DNA of 64,000 nucleotides. It comes from an uncultured Chromatiales bacterium (GTDB lineage Bacteria; Bacteroidota; Ignavibacteria; SZUA-365). The notes below the pieces were generated by a model that saw only the letters and a list, made by a program, of their open reading frames with translations, searched no databases and had not been told where the DNA came from. The position numbers and the translations under genes were made by a program. The stretch spans positions 60,959 through 124,958 of the forward strand of contig CAYJMN010000002.1 in NCBI GenBank assembly GCA_964371045.1. Direction: 5' to 3'. Positions 8,324 to 20,800 of the stretch are shown here, one piece after another; the first letter of the stretch is position 1; each line of letters starts with the position of its first letter.

Positions 8324-10615
8324 CTAAAAATTGATCTCGACTGCGACACTGGGAAGAATCGGAAGAAGACGAACGTCTTCCACCTTGGTTACATCCCCGG
8401 TGGTGTCATAGTACCTGAACCAGATATCCCTCCGCGAATATACATTGAAGACATCGATCAGTACCTTCGTGGGCAGGTTGAAGAGCGTCGTGTGGTACCG
8501 TGCGTTGAGATTGAGTTGATGTGAAGCCGGAAGCCGCAATCCAAACCGTTCTGCCGGGATGGTTATTCCCTTGCCGAGATCCGAACCGGGCAAATAACTC
8601 TCCAGTCTTGAGGTCCGACCTGTGTAGGACTGACCAGATTGGAAGGTGAACGTCGCGCTCAAATCCCATCGGTCATTGATCTTGTATTGTGTTACGAGCT
8701 TGAAATCATGCCTTCTGTCCCATTTCGGCCGGAAATACCTGCCCTCGTTCAGAGCATCAAATCTTGTATTAATCCAGCCGAGTGCATACCCCGCCCAGCC
8801 AGTAAACCTTCCGACTTTTTTTTGCAGGAAGAATTCCACACCATACGCCTCTCCCTCTCCATCGTAGAAGAAGTCCGCCACTGTCTTACCTCGCGTTTGA
8901 AACTGGTTGAGCTCGCTCGCGTGATAGAGATCCTTGTAATACACATCAACATTGAGGTTATAGCCCGCAACAGGCTCGGTTTCCAAACCCAGCACATAAT
9001 GAATTGCCATGCTGGGTGAGACCGTGGAATCCGTGGGCAGCCAGGTATCGAAGAAGCTGAAATCAGGCAGCGAGGCCAAACGGAAATACTGATGGTACAT
9101 CCCCCAGGCAGCCTTGACGGCGATATTGTCCTGGAGCTGATACCGCATGGCGATGCGAGGGTCGAGTTTGACGATGTTCCTCAAATCGTAATAATTCGCA
9201 CGAAGACCCGCCTGCAAGGAAAATAAATTCGTGAACTGATAATTGCTCTGCACGTACATCGACCCTGTATGGTCGCTTTCCTCCAGATTCACGATCCCAC
9301 CGTCGTTGGTACCTTTTGCCGAAGTCGAATCCGCGTTCCCTGTGAAATTCTGCTCGTAATTAAGCAGGTATCTGTTTAACTCGATACCGCTCTTGAGCGT
9401 CCAATCCGTCGAAACGAACCACTCAAGATTGGTTTTCAAGGTCACATCCTGAATAATGTTTTGCACTGCGGTCTCGAAGCCGGCGTTTTCCGTAGAAAAA
9501 CTGTTCCTGTACCTGCTCCAGCTCAGATTGACGACGGAAAACAAATTATCGTTTAAGATGTGCGTCCATCGTCCGGATACCGTGCGATTGCTGATCCCGA
9601 GCAAACCGTTGAATCCGGCGCGATTGTCGAATTCCATCTTGTCCTCCGATGTGAAACCGGAAAGGAACACCTTGTCGGCTTCTCCAAAATCCTGTGAAAT
9701 CTTACCGTTGATATCGTAAAAATAATAATCCGGCAGAGGATCCGCGTCCGTTTCAATGAGCGAAGTCAACAGGTCAATATAGGTCCTCCTTCCGCCCACA
9801 AACCAGGAACCGTTTCCGATAGGGCCTTCGGCGGAAATCCGCGTCGAGATCAGGCCAAGAGAGGCTGTACCTCCGAACGTATTCCTGTTCCCATCTTTCT
9901 GCACAAGATCAAGCACCGCCGAAAGTCTGCCGCCGTATTCAGCGGGAAAACCACCCTTGATAAGATCGACGTCCTTGATGGCATCCGGATTGAATGTCGA
10001 GAAGAAACCGAATAAATGCGTGGGATTGTAGATGGTGGATCCGTCCAGAAGCACAAGGGTTTGATCTGGGGAACCCCCGCGAATGTATAAACCGCTGGAT
10101 ATCTGCGAAGACGCGAGTACACCAGGCAGGTATTGAATCGACCGGAAAATGTCGGCCTCACCCCCTACACGCAACTGGTTGATCTGACGAATAGGGATGT
10201 TCACGCGGCTGACGGTTATCTGTCGCTTGTCGTCGAACCTGTCGCTTTCGACTACGACCTCATCAAGCTCAATACTCTCTGACTCCAGTTCGACGTCGAT
10301 ACGTCGCGACTCCCGCTTCTTCAGTTCTACTTTGACTTCCTTGCGATTGTAGCCAAGGAAGCTGAACACGATAGTGTAACCGCCTTCGGGAATCTCGGAA
10401 ACAGCGTAGTATCCGCTTTTGTTGGTAATCGTCCCCTGGCGTGTTTCCACTATCTGTATCGTGGCTCCGACAAGGGTTTCACCTGTTTCCTTGTCACGTA
10501 CATATCCATTGATGGTGGCTTTTTCACTGAGGTTTTCCGTGCCGGTACTGTAAACTGAATGAAGGGGGAACAGGAGAGTAACCAGCAGGAAACGGATGCT
10601 TTTTGTGATGATCAT
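8324..10615 (-). CDS. TonB-dependent outer-membrane receptor with an N-terminal carboxypeptidase-regulatory-like (CarboxypepD_reg) domain
   Basis: Signal peptide MIITKSIRFLLVTLLFPLHSVYS, then the CarbopepD_reg motif INGYVRDKETGETLVGATIQ...SGYYAVSEIPEGGYTIVFSFLGYN, a plug domain and a long beta-barrel ending in an aromatic residue (...VAVEINF). Start taken at the internal Met; coordinates are good to +/- a few bp because my position count near 10.6 kb was off by one. Confidence 0.85.
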   Translation of the reverse strand: MIITKSIRFLLVTLLFPLHSVYSTGTENLSEKATINGYVRDKETGETLVGATIQIVETRQGTITNKSGYYAVSEIPEGGYTIVFSFLGYNRKEVKVELKKRESRRIDVELESESIELDEVVVESDRFDDKRQITVSRVNIPIRQINQLRVGGEADIFRSIQYLPGVLASSQISSGLYIRGGSPDQTLVLLDGSTIYNPTHLFGFFSTFNPDAIKDVDLIKGGFPAEYGGRLSAVLDLVQKDGNRNTFGGTASLGLISTRISAEGPIGNGSWFVGGRRTYIDLLTSLIETDADPLPDYYFYDINGKISQDFGEADKVFLSGFTSEDKMEFDNRAGFNGLLGISNRTVSGRWTHILNDNLFSVVNLSWSRYRNSFSTENAGFETAVQNIIQDVTLKTNLEWFVSTDWTLKSGIELNRYLLNYEQNFTGNADSTSAKGTNDGGIVNLEESDHTGSMYVQSNYQFTNLFSLQAGLRANYYDLRNIVKLDPRIAMRYQLQDNIAVKAAWGMYHQYFRLASLPDFSFFDTWLPTDSTVSPSMAIHYVLGLETEPVAGYNLNVDVYYKDLYHASELNQFQTRGKTVADFFYDGEGEAYGVEFFLQKKVGRFTGWAGYALGWINTRFDALNEGRYFRPKWDRRHDFKLVTQYKINDRWDLSATFTFQSGQSYTGRTSRLESYLPGSDLGKGITIPAERFGLRLPASHQLNLNARYHTTLFNLPTKVLIDVFNVYSRRDIWFRYYDTTGDVTKVEDVRLLPILPSVAVEINF

Positions 10616-11217
10616 TGATGATGGTATTGCTTCACACACTGAGAATAAACGAACTGAATTTGCTTCCGACAAGAGCAACGTTCCCTTAACAGCCGGAATG
10701 CCCTGATCGTTTCGGTTTACGACTCCGGATATAAAAAGTTGCTCTGCCCGTTCAACTGAACAATGTCCGGGTGTACGGTAGTGCGATACATTGCGATGAA
10801 TCAGTCTGCTTGAACCCTTCCCGATGTTGAATACGCGCCATGCGGAAACGCCCCCTTGTTGCGCAAATTCGCCCAGGACTCTCTCTTTTTCAATGAAGCA
10901 GAAGCATCAGCAGATCTCCCTCGCGATAACTCTCCAGCAGCTGTCATGGATCCCGAGCCAGGTATTGATCGTGCGGTCCCGCACCGCAAGTGCGTTCCTT
11001 ATATTGATCGGGGACTCATTCCTCATTCATATATGAATCGGAGGGATGGGACAGCCAGGCGGATACCTGCAACGATACTCGATATACGTATCGAGATACT
11101 TCTTGCTGTTCTACAGGCAATGCGGTCTGACAGTCTTCAGGATTCCATGCACTGGAAATGGGCTTGCTCGAATCACCTGCCGTGATCCAGCTGCTTCGCT
11201 TTCATGAATATCGGCGG

Positions 11218-12144
11218 TCACGAAACCACGGGATGCAGCACAGTGAGCTTCCGCTTACCAGCGTCAATCGCAAGGTTCGCACCCATGGGCAATGTGATCT
11301 TTTCCCGTATATGACCAAACGGGATATCCGCCAATATTGGAACGTTGAGAGGGAGGAGATATTCTTCGAAGACCTCATCCAGGGGGCGATCGCACTTGAG
11401 ATCGGGAATAGCGGTAAAACTCCCCAGCACAACTCCGGCAACGCTCTTCAGGATACCTGCATATTTTAACTGAAGCAACATTCTGTCTATCCGATACACC
11501 CGTTCTCCAATATCTTCCAGAAACAGAATCGAACCGCTAAATTCCGGCAGGTATGGCGATCCGGCTAATGAGCAAAGCACCGAAAGGTTACCGCCCATCA
11601 ATGGTCCTTCCGCGCGGCCGGCACGGATCGTCCGCACTTCGTTTCCGATCGTGAGTTCTCTCTGTGTTCGAGGCTTCATCACGAGATCCCATAACGCTGT
11701 TTCAACGTTGATCGAAATCTCGTCCGCCATCTCCGCAGCCACCATGGGCCCGGCGAATGTGACCAGGCCCGTGCGAGCAAGCACTCCCATCGATAGCGCA
11801 GTAATATCACTGAATCCCACGACGATTTTCGGCTTGTTCCGCATGGCGTCCCAATCGAGATACTCGAGAAGTCTTGCCGATCCGTATCCGCCCCTTGTAC
11901 AAAACATGGCTTTCACACGGTCGTCGGCAAACATTTCTTCCAGGTCCATTTGTCTGACGCGATCCGATCCTGCGAAATATCCGCTTCGCAATCCGACGCC
12001 TACCCCTATCCTGACCCGAAATCCTCGTCCCAGAAGGTAGTTCACTCCTCTCGCGAGACGAGCACCGTCCTGCGGAGGACTTGCCGGCGAGATAACACCG
12101 ATCAAATCTCCAGGACGCAGTCTTGGGGGGATGAGCTGTTTCAT
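11218..12144 (-). CDS. ldcA: LD-carboxypeptidase (muramoyltetrapeptide carboxypeptidase, peptidase family S66)
   Basis: 308 aa. N-terminal LRPGDLIGVISPASPP, then the S66 fold with the conserved Ser region (VGFSDITAL) and the C-terminal His/Glu region. Confidence 0.8.
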   Translation of the reverse strand: MKQLIPPRLRPGDLIGVISPASPPQDGARLARGVNYLLGRGFRVRIGVGVGLRSGYFAGSDRVRQMDLEEMFADDRVKAMFCTRGGYGSARLLEYLDWDAMRNKPKIVVGFSDITALSMGVLARTGLVTFAGPMVAAEMADEISINVETALWDLVMKPRTQRELTIGNEVRTIRAGRAEGPLMGGNLSVLCSLAGSPYLPEFSGSILFLEDIGERVYRIDRMLLQLKYAGILKSVAGVVLGSFTAIPDLKCDRPLDEVFEEYLLPLNVPILADIPFGHIREKITLPMGANLAIDAGKRKLTVLHPVVS

Positions 12145-12149
12145 GCAAA

Positions 12150-13037
12150 TCAGATCAGCGAGAGTTCTGTCAGCGTTTGTTCAAGCACCTTTTTCACGTC
12201 CGCCTCCATCATAACCAGTGGAAGTCGAACGTATTCATTCATCAACCCCATCATGGCCATCGCGGTCTTGACCGGGATTGGATTCGACTCAATAAAATTC
12301 ACTTCCATCAACTTCAACAAACGGTAGTGAAGTTCACGAGCCCCTTCGTAATTACCTTCGAACCAGCGATGAACCATCGAGGAAAAGAGATCGGGCACTT
12401 CGTTCGAAGCGACGGAAATGGCACCATCCATACCTATGGCGAGTTGGGCAAGCACAAGATTATCGTCACCTGAAAGCACTGCGAAATTGTCCGGTTTTCT
12501 CTGAATAATTGCCATCGCCTGCGAGAAATTCGCGCTGGCTTCCTTTGTAGCTACGACATTGTCAATTTCGGCGAGCTTGAGCTGGGTCTCAGCGGAAATA
12601 TTGCCAGCGGTTCTGCCTGGTACGTTGTACAACACCAGCCCGATTGGAATAGCCTCCGCCACTGCTCTGAAATGCTGATAGTACCCTTCCTGCGTGGGTT
12701 TGTTATAATACGGCCCGACGATCAGCACAGCATCCACGCCACATTCGGCTGCCATCCGTGCGTTGTGAATCGCGTGCGCGGTGGCGTTTGATCCCGCGCC
12801 AGCAATCACCGGTACACGTCCACCGGCTTCATCTACCACAAGTGCAAGCAACTGCTGATACTCGTCCTCCGTTAACGTGACTGCTTCTCCTGTTGTACCG
12901 CATGGGACAAGCATGTCGATGCCGCAATCTATCTGGCGCTTCACAAGAGAACGCATGGTTGCATAATCTACGGTCCCATCCTCGCAAAATGGAGTGACCA
13001 GCGCCGTTCCTACACCTTTACGAACCAGTGATATCAT
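12150..13037 (-). CDS. dapA: 4-hydroxy-tetrahydrodipicolinate synthase
   Basis: Typical DapA N-terminus GVGTALVTPF, GTTGE motif, and the Schiff-base Lys region (VVATKEAS). 295 aa. Confidence 0.9.
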   Translation of the reverse strand: MISLVRKGVGTALVTPFCEDGTVDYATMRSLVKRQIDCGIDMLVPCGTTGEAVTLTEDEYQQLLALVVDEAGGRVPVIAGAGSNATAHAIHNARMAAECGVDAVLIVGPYYNKPTQEGYYQHFRAVAEAIPIGLVLYNVPGRTAGNISAETQLKLAEIDNVVATKEASANFSQAMAIIQRKPDNFAVLSGDDNLVLAQLAIGMDGAISVASNEVPDLFSSMVHRWFEGNYEGARELHYRLLKLMEVNFIESNPIPVKTAMAMMGLMNEYVRLPLVMMEADVKKVLEQTLTELSLI

Positions 13038-13776
13038 CGAACATCTCCTCTAAACTGAAAATACCTTTCTTGTTTTGTATCCAGCGAGCGGCCATTAAGG
13101 CTCCCTCGGCGAACCCGACTCTGTTTTTCGCTTCGTGAACAATGCGTAAAGAGTCCGCTTCCGAATCGATTGCGACTTCATGACGGCCTATGACATAACC
13201 CAACCGCTCCGAAGAAACACACAGCTCCTGAGGCTCAATCGCACGTCCCGAACAGGTTGCAAGCAAGGATGTCTTTCGGGTGGTATGCCGCAGAATTGTC
13301 TCGGCGAGAGTGAGTGCCGTTCCACTCGGCGCGTCTGCTTTCGCTCGATGATGTACTTCATGAATCGCGATGTCATATTGATTCAATCCCCTCAGCATGG
13401 AGGCGGCAAGCGCAGTCAAACGATTGAGCATGTGAACTCCCACAGAAAAATTCGAGGCCTGAATCAGTGCCCCACCATGACTGAGAACTGCTGCCTGGAC
13501 TCTTTGCACATCCTGGCTCCATCCGGTCGTTCCGCAGACGATCGGCTTGCCAAGTTCCGCCATGACGAGCAGGTTTTTTACAGCGGCCTCCGGTCGGGTA
13601 AACTCGATGCAGACATCAGCATCGGCAGCACGATCAATAGAATTGTTGAATTCCTCAACGCCGGGATCGATGATTATTGGTTCAGGATATCCCTGCATGC
13701 GCATCGCTTTATGGATTTCCTTCCCCATTCTTCCATAACCGACCAACGCAATCGCGATGTGTTTTTCAGCGTTCAT
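13018..13776 (-). CDS. dapB: 4-hydroxy-tetrahydrodipicolinate reductase
   Basis: Rossmann N-terminus IAIALVGYGRMGKEI and the DapB signature EVHHRAKADAPSGTA. Start taken at the internal Met (MNAEKH); the 30-codon extension is not supported. Confidence 0.85.
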   Translation of the reverse strand: MNAEKHIAIALVGYGRMGKEIHKAMRMQGYPEPIIIDPGVEEFNNSIDRAADADVCIEFTRPEAAVKNLLVMAELGKPIVCGTTGWSQDVQRVQAAVLSHGGALIQASNFSVGVHMLNRLTALAASMLRGLNQYDIAIHEVHHRAKADAPSGTALTLAETILRHTTRKTSLLATCSGRAIEPQELCVSSERLGYVIGRHEVAIDSEADSLRIVHEAKNRVGFAEGALMAARWIQNKKGIFSLEEMFDDITGS

Positions 13777-14761
13777 AAAGGAGTCGATAGTAAAGCGTTT
13801 TGTAGTGAAGTACTGCTTCATCCATCGAGTTGATTTCGATGAATTCTTTTTCGGTATGCGCGTCATGGATTGACCCTGGCCCGAAGAGCAGGCATTCCCC
13901 CATGGACTTTAAATAAGGTATATCCGTGCCGTAATTTACTACTTTCAATTGAAAACCTGGAACAATATGCAACAGCTGCGGCTCGGAAAGAGAATGAAAT
14001 TCAACAGAACCGTCAGTTCCTAGTAGTTCATGCAATTGTCGCTGTCGCGTTTGCGCATCGTCGACAAGCCTGTGAATGACCGTTGCCGAGGCCTCAGGTG
14101 CCAAAGTATTCATGGCGACACCGCCGCTGATCAGACCGATGTTTAACGTGGATTTGCCAAGCACCTGGTGCTGACCCCAATCGGCTGAAATAATCCTCTG
14201 AAGCACTCCAAGCAATGTATGCACTGCAGAACTGCCGCGTTCAGGATACGCCGAATGCGCGGCCCTGCCTGAGATGCGGAGTGTGTAGCTCATCACACCT
14301 TTATGGCCACTTGCAAGTTGATTATCTGTGGGTTCCCCCACGATAATGAATTCAGCGGATTTACCGGACTCCGCGGCAGTCTTTGCTCCGATACTGTCGG
14401 TCTCCTCACCGACGACGAAGAGGAAGGCGGGAGTTTCACCCTCGAGGATGAGCTGCTCTCCGGCGCCGAGCATCGCGGCAATGATTCCTTTGGTGTCACA
14501 GGCGCCTCTTCCGTAGATACGCCTGCCCTCGTGATGAGGAGGGATGAACGGTGGAACAGTATCGACATGTGTGCAAAAAACCACCTTGGGGGAGGAAGCC
14601 CACCCGGCGAAGAGATTCCAGCGATTCTCCGTAATGAATTGCCGTTCGGTGTCCAAACCAAATTCCGAGCAAAAAGCTTCCAGACGCAGGAGCATCGCCT
14701 CTTCGTTTCCCGAAACGGACGGGATAGTGATCAATTCAGTTGCAAGTTCAGCAGTATTCAT
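13766..14761 (-). CDS. dapE: M20-family metallopeptidase, probably succinyl-diaminopimelate desuccinylase (DapE/ArgE family)
   Basis: M20 metal-binding motifs (HVDTVPP; GACDTKG). Sits directly upstream of dapB-dapA in the same operon. The dapE symbol is inferred from this context. Confidence 0.65.
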   Translation of the reverse strand: MNTAELATELITIPSVSGNEEAMLLRLEAFCSEFGLDTERQFITENRWNLFAGWASSPKVVFCTHVDTVPPFIPPHHEGRRIYGRGACDTKGIIAAMLGAGEQLILEGETPAFLFVVGEETDSIGAKTAAESGKSAEFIIVGEPTDNQLASGHKGVMSYTLRISGRAAHSAYPERGSSAVHTLLGVLQRIISADWGQHQVLGKSTLNIGLISGGVAMNTLAPEASATVIHRLVDDAQTRQRQLHELLGTDGSVEFHSLSEPQLLHIVPGFQLKVVNYGTDIPYLKSMGECLLFGPGSIHDAHTEKEFIEINSMDEAVLHYKTLYYRLLYER

Positions 14762-14841
14762 GGATATACAATATACGCGAAACCGCATAAAAAAAGCGTC
14801 CCGCCGTGAGGCGGGACGCTTGGTAAGGTTTGACTAACCGA

Positions 14842-17800
14842 TTACTTCAGCAGGGTCATCTTGCGAGTCTGCACGAAGTTACCTGCAACCATCTTCACGA
14901 TGTAGTTGCCCGAAGGCACCTGAACACCGAGATCGTTGGTGGCATCCCAGACAACCTGGAACGCACCGGCATCGCGTGTTTCGTTGACGAGAGTCTTCAC
15001 ATGGGTGCCAAGGAGGTCATAGACCGCGATGGTAACCTGAGTCGACTTCGGCAGCGAGAAGTTGATGCTGGTGGTCGGGTTGAACGGATTCGGGTAGTTC
15101 TGACCGAGTGCGAATTCCGAAGGAACGCCTGTCTGAGGTGTGACATTAAGGATGCCAACCTTCCGAATTAACAAGCGGAATCCAGGACGGTTCTGCGGAT
15201 CTGCGTTCGGCGGGGATGACAGCGTAGCATAGAGCGGTCCAGACATAAGACCGAAGCTATTGTCAAAATCGCGAGCCGTGACATACCACACAACTGCCTG
15301 TTCTTTCGTAGTCGGCTGGCCAGAGATCTGGTCAATGATACCGGCGAGCTGTCCATGATTGGTCGTTAACTGCGCAAGATCACCATTGTTGTCGCTATCG
15401 AAGACCACAGAGCGGGTCCGACTTACCGCATCCACAAAGGTGATGTCGTAACGAACGACGTCGGTGTACGTTGCCGGGTTGAAGCGGGAGACCCGAATGT
15501 TAGTGTAAGGATCCTGCGGCACAGCTTTGACCCAAGTGAACAGTTCTACATTGGCGCCCTTCATCAGATCGATTGTACTGTTGTCGGCCGGCAATTGCAG
15601 AGCGAACGCATTGGGAGCGTGGTCGAGGATTTCATACGGGTTGGTCGAACCAGAGATCGACGGGTCGTTGGACTGGAAGGCTCTCACGAGCTGAAGCTCT
15701 TCACCCATGGAGGCGATGCGACGGATACGGGATGCCAGGAAGTAATTGGTCACACCGTTGATGAACACATCACCAGCCCAGATGTTGGAGAGACCAGGAC
15801 CGTTCGAATCGAATTCACCCGGGAAACGAGCGGTGAACGCGGTACGAACATTACGACCACTGACGACATTGAGATAACGATCGCGCGGGGCGACAATCAG
15901 CTCATAGCGACGGAGGAGGTAAACCTGATCGGGACTACCGGTCTGAGGATAAATTTCGACGAGGTAATTCGTCACCTCATCAGCCGTGAAGTTCATCTTG
16001 GCAGACTCCTGGTTGAGATTAGCAACCGTCGGTTTGACTTCGATGTACACGCCACGGTCGGCCTTCGTATGGATGATGCAAATAATTGCAACACCGTCCT
16101 TGAAGGCACTGGCCGGGATAGACCAGGTCGAATCGTCGATCTGGAGAAGCTTCGTACCGTCTTTCGTGATATATGCATAGGTGTAGCCATTGGGATCCGC
16201 GTTCCAGCTGCCCCTACTGGTGTCAGTATTGGCGAACGAGTTCTGGAGAACAAGCTCGGTAGCCGGGCTGTTCTTGTCCGGGCTATCCCAGTCACGAATG
16301 ATGTTACCGTTTTCGTCGCGAGCCGTCAGTGTGAAGCAAATTTCTTCACCGACGAGCGCGTTGATATCAGGATCACCAGCCATCGGTTCAATTTCAACAC
16401 CGCCGCCCTTGAGCTTGGTAAGCGCAAGACGGAAGTCGTTGGAACGGATCCAATGCGGCTGGCAGGAGGTCGGCGACCAGCGACTTGTATCACCGTTGAG
16501 TGCATCCGCCGGATTCGGCCAAATCCCTTCGAGGAACGGGAATTCGACTGTTTCCATCGGACGATCGTCGTTGACATTGAAGTCCTTGGTGTAGACACGC
16601 CAGATGATCTTGATGGAGTCGGCGCTGGTGCTGGTAGGATCGGAAGAGAAACCAGCGAACAGTGCGTCAAGCGTTGCGGTGGGAATCTGGATGCCCGTGG
16701 ACGTACCGGCGTTGATGACGACAATGGTGCCGACGGGGGCGCCCTTGCCAGCCGGGAACGTGCTTACCACTTCACCATACCACTGATAGCTCAGGGTATC
16801 GATCGTGCGGGTGGGATCCTTTTCCCATGTACGGGTTGTCGGATTGTAGATCAGGAACAGACCACCTTGGAGCGCTTGCTTGTCAAGGTTACGATCCTGG
16901 GCATTCGACCAGAGAATGGGAAGCGGCTGAGTACCATCGACGAATTCCGTGGCACCGTTCGGCGGCTGGATGGCCGTCGGAGCAGCGTACGGAGCGCGGT
17001 TGATGGAAATGATCAGCGGCTCGGTCGGAAGCGGATTGTTACGAACGGTAATACCGGCCGTATCGGAGTAGGTCTCAAGTCCTGCCATCTTGCTGAAGGC
17101 GCGCACAAACCAGAACACGCGGGTAACGATGCTGTCCTGATTCGGTTGCGGGAGCACGTTGGGACGGAAGATGAGTTCGCGAACCTTATCTCCGGAGAGG
17201 GTAAGAGTCGGGCTCTTGCCATCGTTGTCGGAGAGAATGCTGACAGTGCGGGTTGCGCCGCCAAAGGCGCCAAGACTGTCAATGATCGCGTACCACTCGT
17301 AACGAATAGTATCGTTCGGGTTGTTCATGGAAGGATCGGACCATTCAGCCCGTGCCCAGTTCAGGCGCAGGAAGTCATTTGCCAATCCATTGATCGGGTT
17401 GCCAAGAGAATCGAAGCAGTTACCGGTATGATCCATACGGAACAACGAAGTATTCTGCAACGTCGCTGTGCTCAGCGTGAACGGTCCGGGCGCGAACGGC
17501 ATCTTGATAGAGACCGGACGAACTGCGATGGCGTTGGCGGGAAGCAATCCATGACGGAGAGCCTGACCGGCACGTTCACCGACAGCGTCGCCGAGACGCT
17601 TGTCATCGGGCTTGATACCGACGAAGTCGTTGCGATTTCCCGCGCCGACGAGCGACAGGTTGTACAGAATAATCGAATCCTGACGGAGTTGGGTATTCTG
17701 CGGGAAGCCAACCGGACGAGCCTGGAAGTAACGGCCACCGGCTGCGATCTCGAGGTTACCGGCAGCGCCCATGGCATTCACATTCGTGAATTCCCATGTG

Positions 17801-20800
17801 GTGTGACGCGTGCCAAGATTGACATACATCGAGTCGCGATTGTTCAGGTTACCATAGCGGTCATACGGAGTGACTGCGTAGGTGTACCATTGGTCGCGGA
17901 AGATGGTGTCTGGACGTGCGTACGGTGTACCGACATTGTTCGGAATCTGATCTTCCGTCGCGCCATGGTTGATTTGACCATAGAGACGTGAGAAGATTTC
18001 GAAAGCTGAGGTCGGAGTACCATACGGATCCTGATAGTACATCGGGCTTACGCGGGGAAGCGTATCGATGTCGGCCTGAACCGGAAGAATACCGACGGGC
18101 AGAGTTGACTTGTCATGCGTGTTCGCAGTGTAGTCGAAGCTGCTCGGGAAGATAGAGGTAAAGGCAATACGATACGGCACAACCACGAAAGTGTGACGCA
18201 GACGGCCATAACTGGACGGACCCCAGAATTGACGGGTCGCAGCAACCATGAGACCGTGGGTTGCACGGTTCGTGCGCTGGATCGGCAATTCACCGATACG
18301 ACCGACGGACATGTTTGGACCCTGGATGTCCGTTACATTCGCATCATAGTACGTATCGTCGAGGTGGAACAACGGATTGCCCGGATCGAGACGATTGACT
18401 CGACGAACAACTGTGAACTTACCCTGATCGTAAGAGCAGGTGTCATCCACCGTGTTGCCGGCCATGTCAAGAAGGTTCGGGTCAACGACGCGCACATCGA
18501 TAACCTGCTCTGCTGTCGAGTCGACAATGCGAAGGAAGGCGCCCGGAGCGAAGGTCAGGTTGGCGACGCCGCCGACCGACAATTCGCGACCAAATGCCTG
18601 GCCAAGCAATGCCACGCGGCGATTGAAATCACCGAAGACAGCACCGGTTGCATCGGCGCCACCATTGAGGCCTACCGCGAAACGAGTGCGGAAGGTATTG
18701 AGTGGCGGAAGCGGACGGTGAGGTAGACCGGCGCGGAGGAAGTCCTCCGGAATCCAGAATCCAACTCCGATGCGGGTAATGCGATCGCCTTCACCGGTCA
18801 GCTTGTACCAGCCGGGGTTGCCGCGATCGGTACGAGTACCCATGAATTCGGCGCGCGTTGCGGCCGTCCTCAACGGGGAGATCGTGCCTTGGTACGTGTA
18901 GACAGAGTCAGCAAACAGACGACCGTACTGACGGGTCTGTCCGGGCTGATTGGCGACGATGTACGGATTACCGCCGGTCGGGGGATCATTCTCCCAGATC
19001 GGGGTGATACGCATCAATACGGGACGACGATCGTCACGATTCGCGCCAACGCCGCTGGTACCGATACCGTCGCCACCACCGGCAATGGTGATGTCGAAGA
19101 TAGTGCCGTCGCGACGCGCGCCGGCGGGCACAGTGACTTTCCCGCCCTGATCGTTGTTGAGATCATTGTACCTGTCGTTGGGCGAGGTTTGCGGGTTGAG
19201 GTTGTTGAATGCATCCAGTTTCTGGAGCACAACGAGGTTCGAGTATGGATCGCGCTCGAAATCGGGGTTGAACGAACCGTCGGGGAGGAACAGCGCATCG
19301 CCGTCCTTGTCGAGAGGCACGTTGTCTTCGTTCACGATTTCATACTTGCCAACCGGTTTCGGGCTGACGTTGCGCTTGTAAACCTGTGAGATCAGGATGT
19401 TATCCACGCCCTGATCGGTGAGGCCATGAAGCTGAGGATCGGCGCCCTCCGGGATGGAGATGTTGACGACCGGCGGGATGAGAATCGCGCGAGCCTCGGG
19501 CGGACCAGTGAGTTCGTACACGCCAACCGTACCGAGACCCGGGCCGAGAGCCCTGAAATCCTGACCGGTGCGGAGGATGTCGAAACGAGTGGGTTCCTTC
19601 ACGACGGATACGACCTTGACCGTGTCGCGGTGAATGTTCACCGGACCCTGACCGAGAAGAACTGCCGTCGCGGTGGCTTCAAAGAAGACCGTTGCGTTGG
19701 CGAGCTTCGGCGTCGGGTATTCGAGAGCCGTGAAGAACGCGGTCTGGTTGATATGGACACCATAGACAAGGTTACCGACCTTGGTGTGGCGATAGCGAGC
19801 CTTGCGCATCGGGCCATACTCGTCACGGGTCCAGTTACCGATCGGGGCAACTGTTCCGGGAGTGCCGCCATACGGTGCGGGAGGCGAGGTCCAGTTGTCA
19901 CCCCACATGCGGAAACGCACGCGAGCGGTGTCTTCTGCTTCGGAGAAGTTGTCAACGAGGTTATGGAACCTGTCGAATTCGCGAGCAAGCAGCGTCACGG
20001 TACGACCGGCGGTAATGGAGTTGACATCCAACGGATCGCTGTTCACCAGGTTCAGCGTGTCCGGTATGTACGGACGGATGTTCGTGTTGGCGACGCGGTT
20101 GTAGTGCGTTGCGCGATCTTCCTGCGCGAGAGGATTCGCGGAGTACGCGAAGAACTTCGGCGCGTAGTTGTTGATCGCTGCAATCGAAGCACCACCATCC
20201 TGATACACCGAATGGTGCTCGAGGACCTGAAGCTTTACGAGGTCAACCGGAAGCGGGATCGGGGAAGTCGCGGCGGCCGTGTACGGGAAGATTTCCACGC
20301 GCACAGTCGTATCTGACTTCTGGTAGATCGGGATGATGACACGCGGCGCGAAACCACGTTTGCTCGGACCGACAGCAGTACCCTCACCGAGGTTGCTACC
20401 GAGGTTCGGAACGAGGTCGAACGCTAACGTATCGGGAGTCATCGCGATACGGATGATCTGCCAGCCAACACGGCCGGAGATGAAGTATGTGCTTACCCAA
20501 CCGGCCTGTGCGGTATCACCGATGGTGGTACGTTTGAGCGTATCATCAGTGATGAACGAAGTGCCCATTTCACCGAAACCGCCACGTTGAGCGTTGCTCT
20601 GAAGCTGGGTTTTCGGCGGGGTAACAGGAACTGTCTCGCTCTCGACGAAGAACTTGACGAGACGGCCGCCAACCGGATTCTGGAAACGATCGAGCAGACG
20701 AGCGACAACGCGCACTTGCTTGTTGTGCTCGGAGACGACGACCGTATCCATCGGGATCGGGGCGGTTGCATCATGATCGAGATCCACTTCACTCGCTTGG

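Noticed and set aside
15595-17991. 798-aa ORF on the + strand, and further long + strand ORFs at 19426-20316, 20587-21591, 21793-22599 and 22609-23913, all inside the giant minus-strand gene
   Set aside because: They lie antisense to a continuous 9-kb signal-peptide-to-CTD ORF. They have Arg/Val/Gly/Thr-rich low-complexity composition typical of reverse-frame translation of GC-rich coding DNA. They lack start contexts and fragment at different points. They are shadow ORFs caused by codon periodicity.
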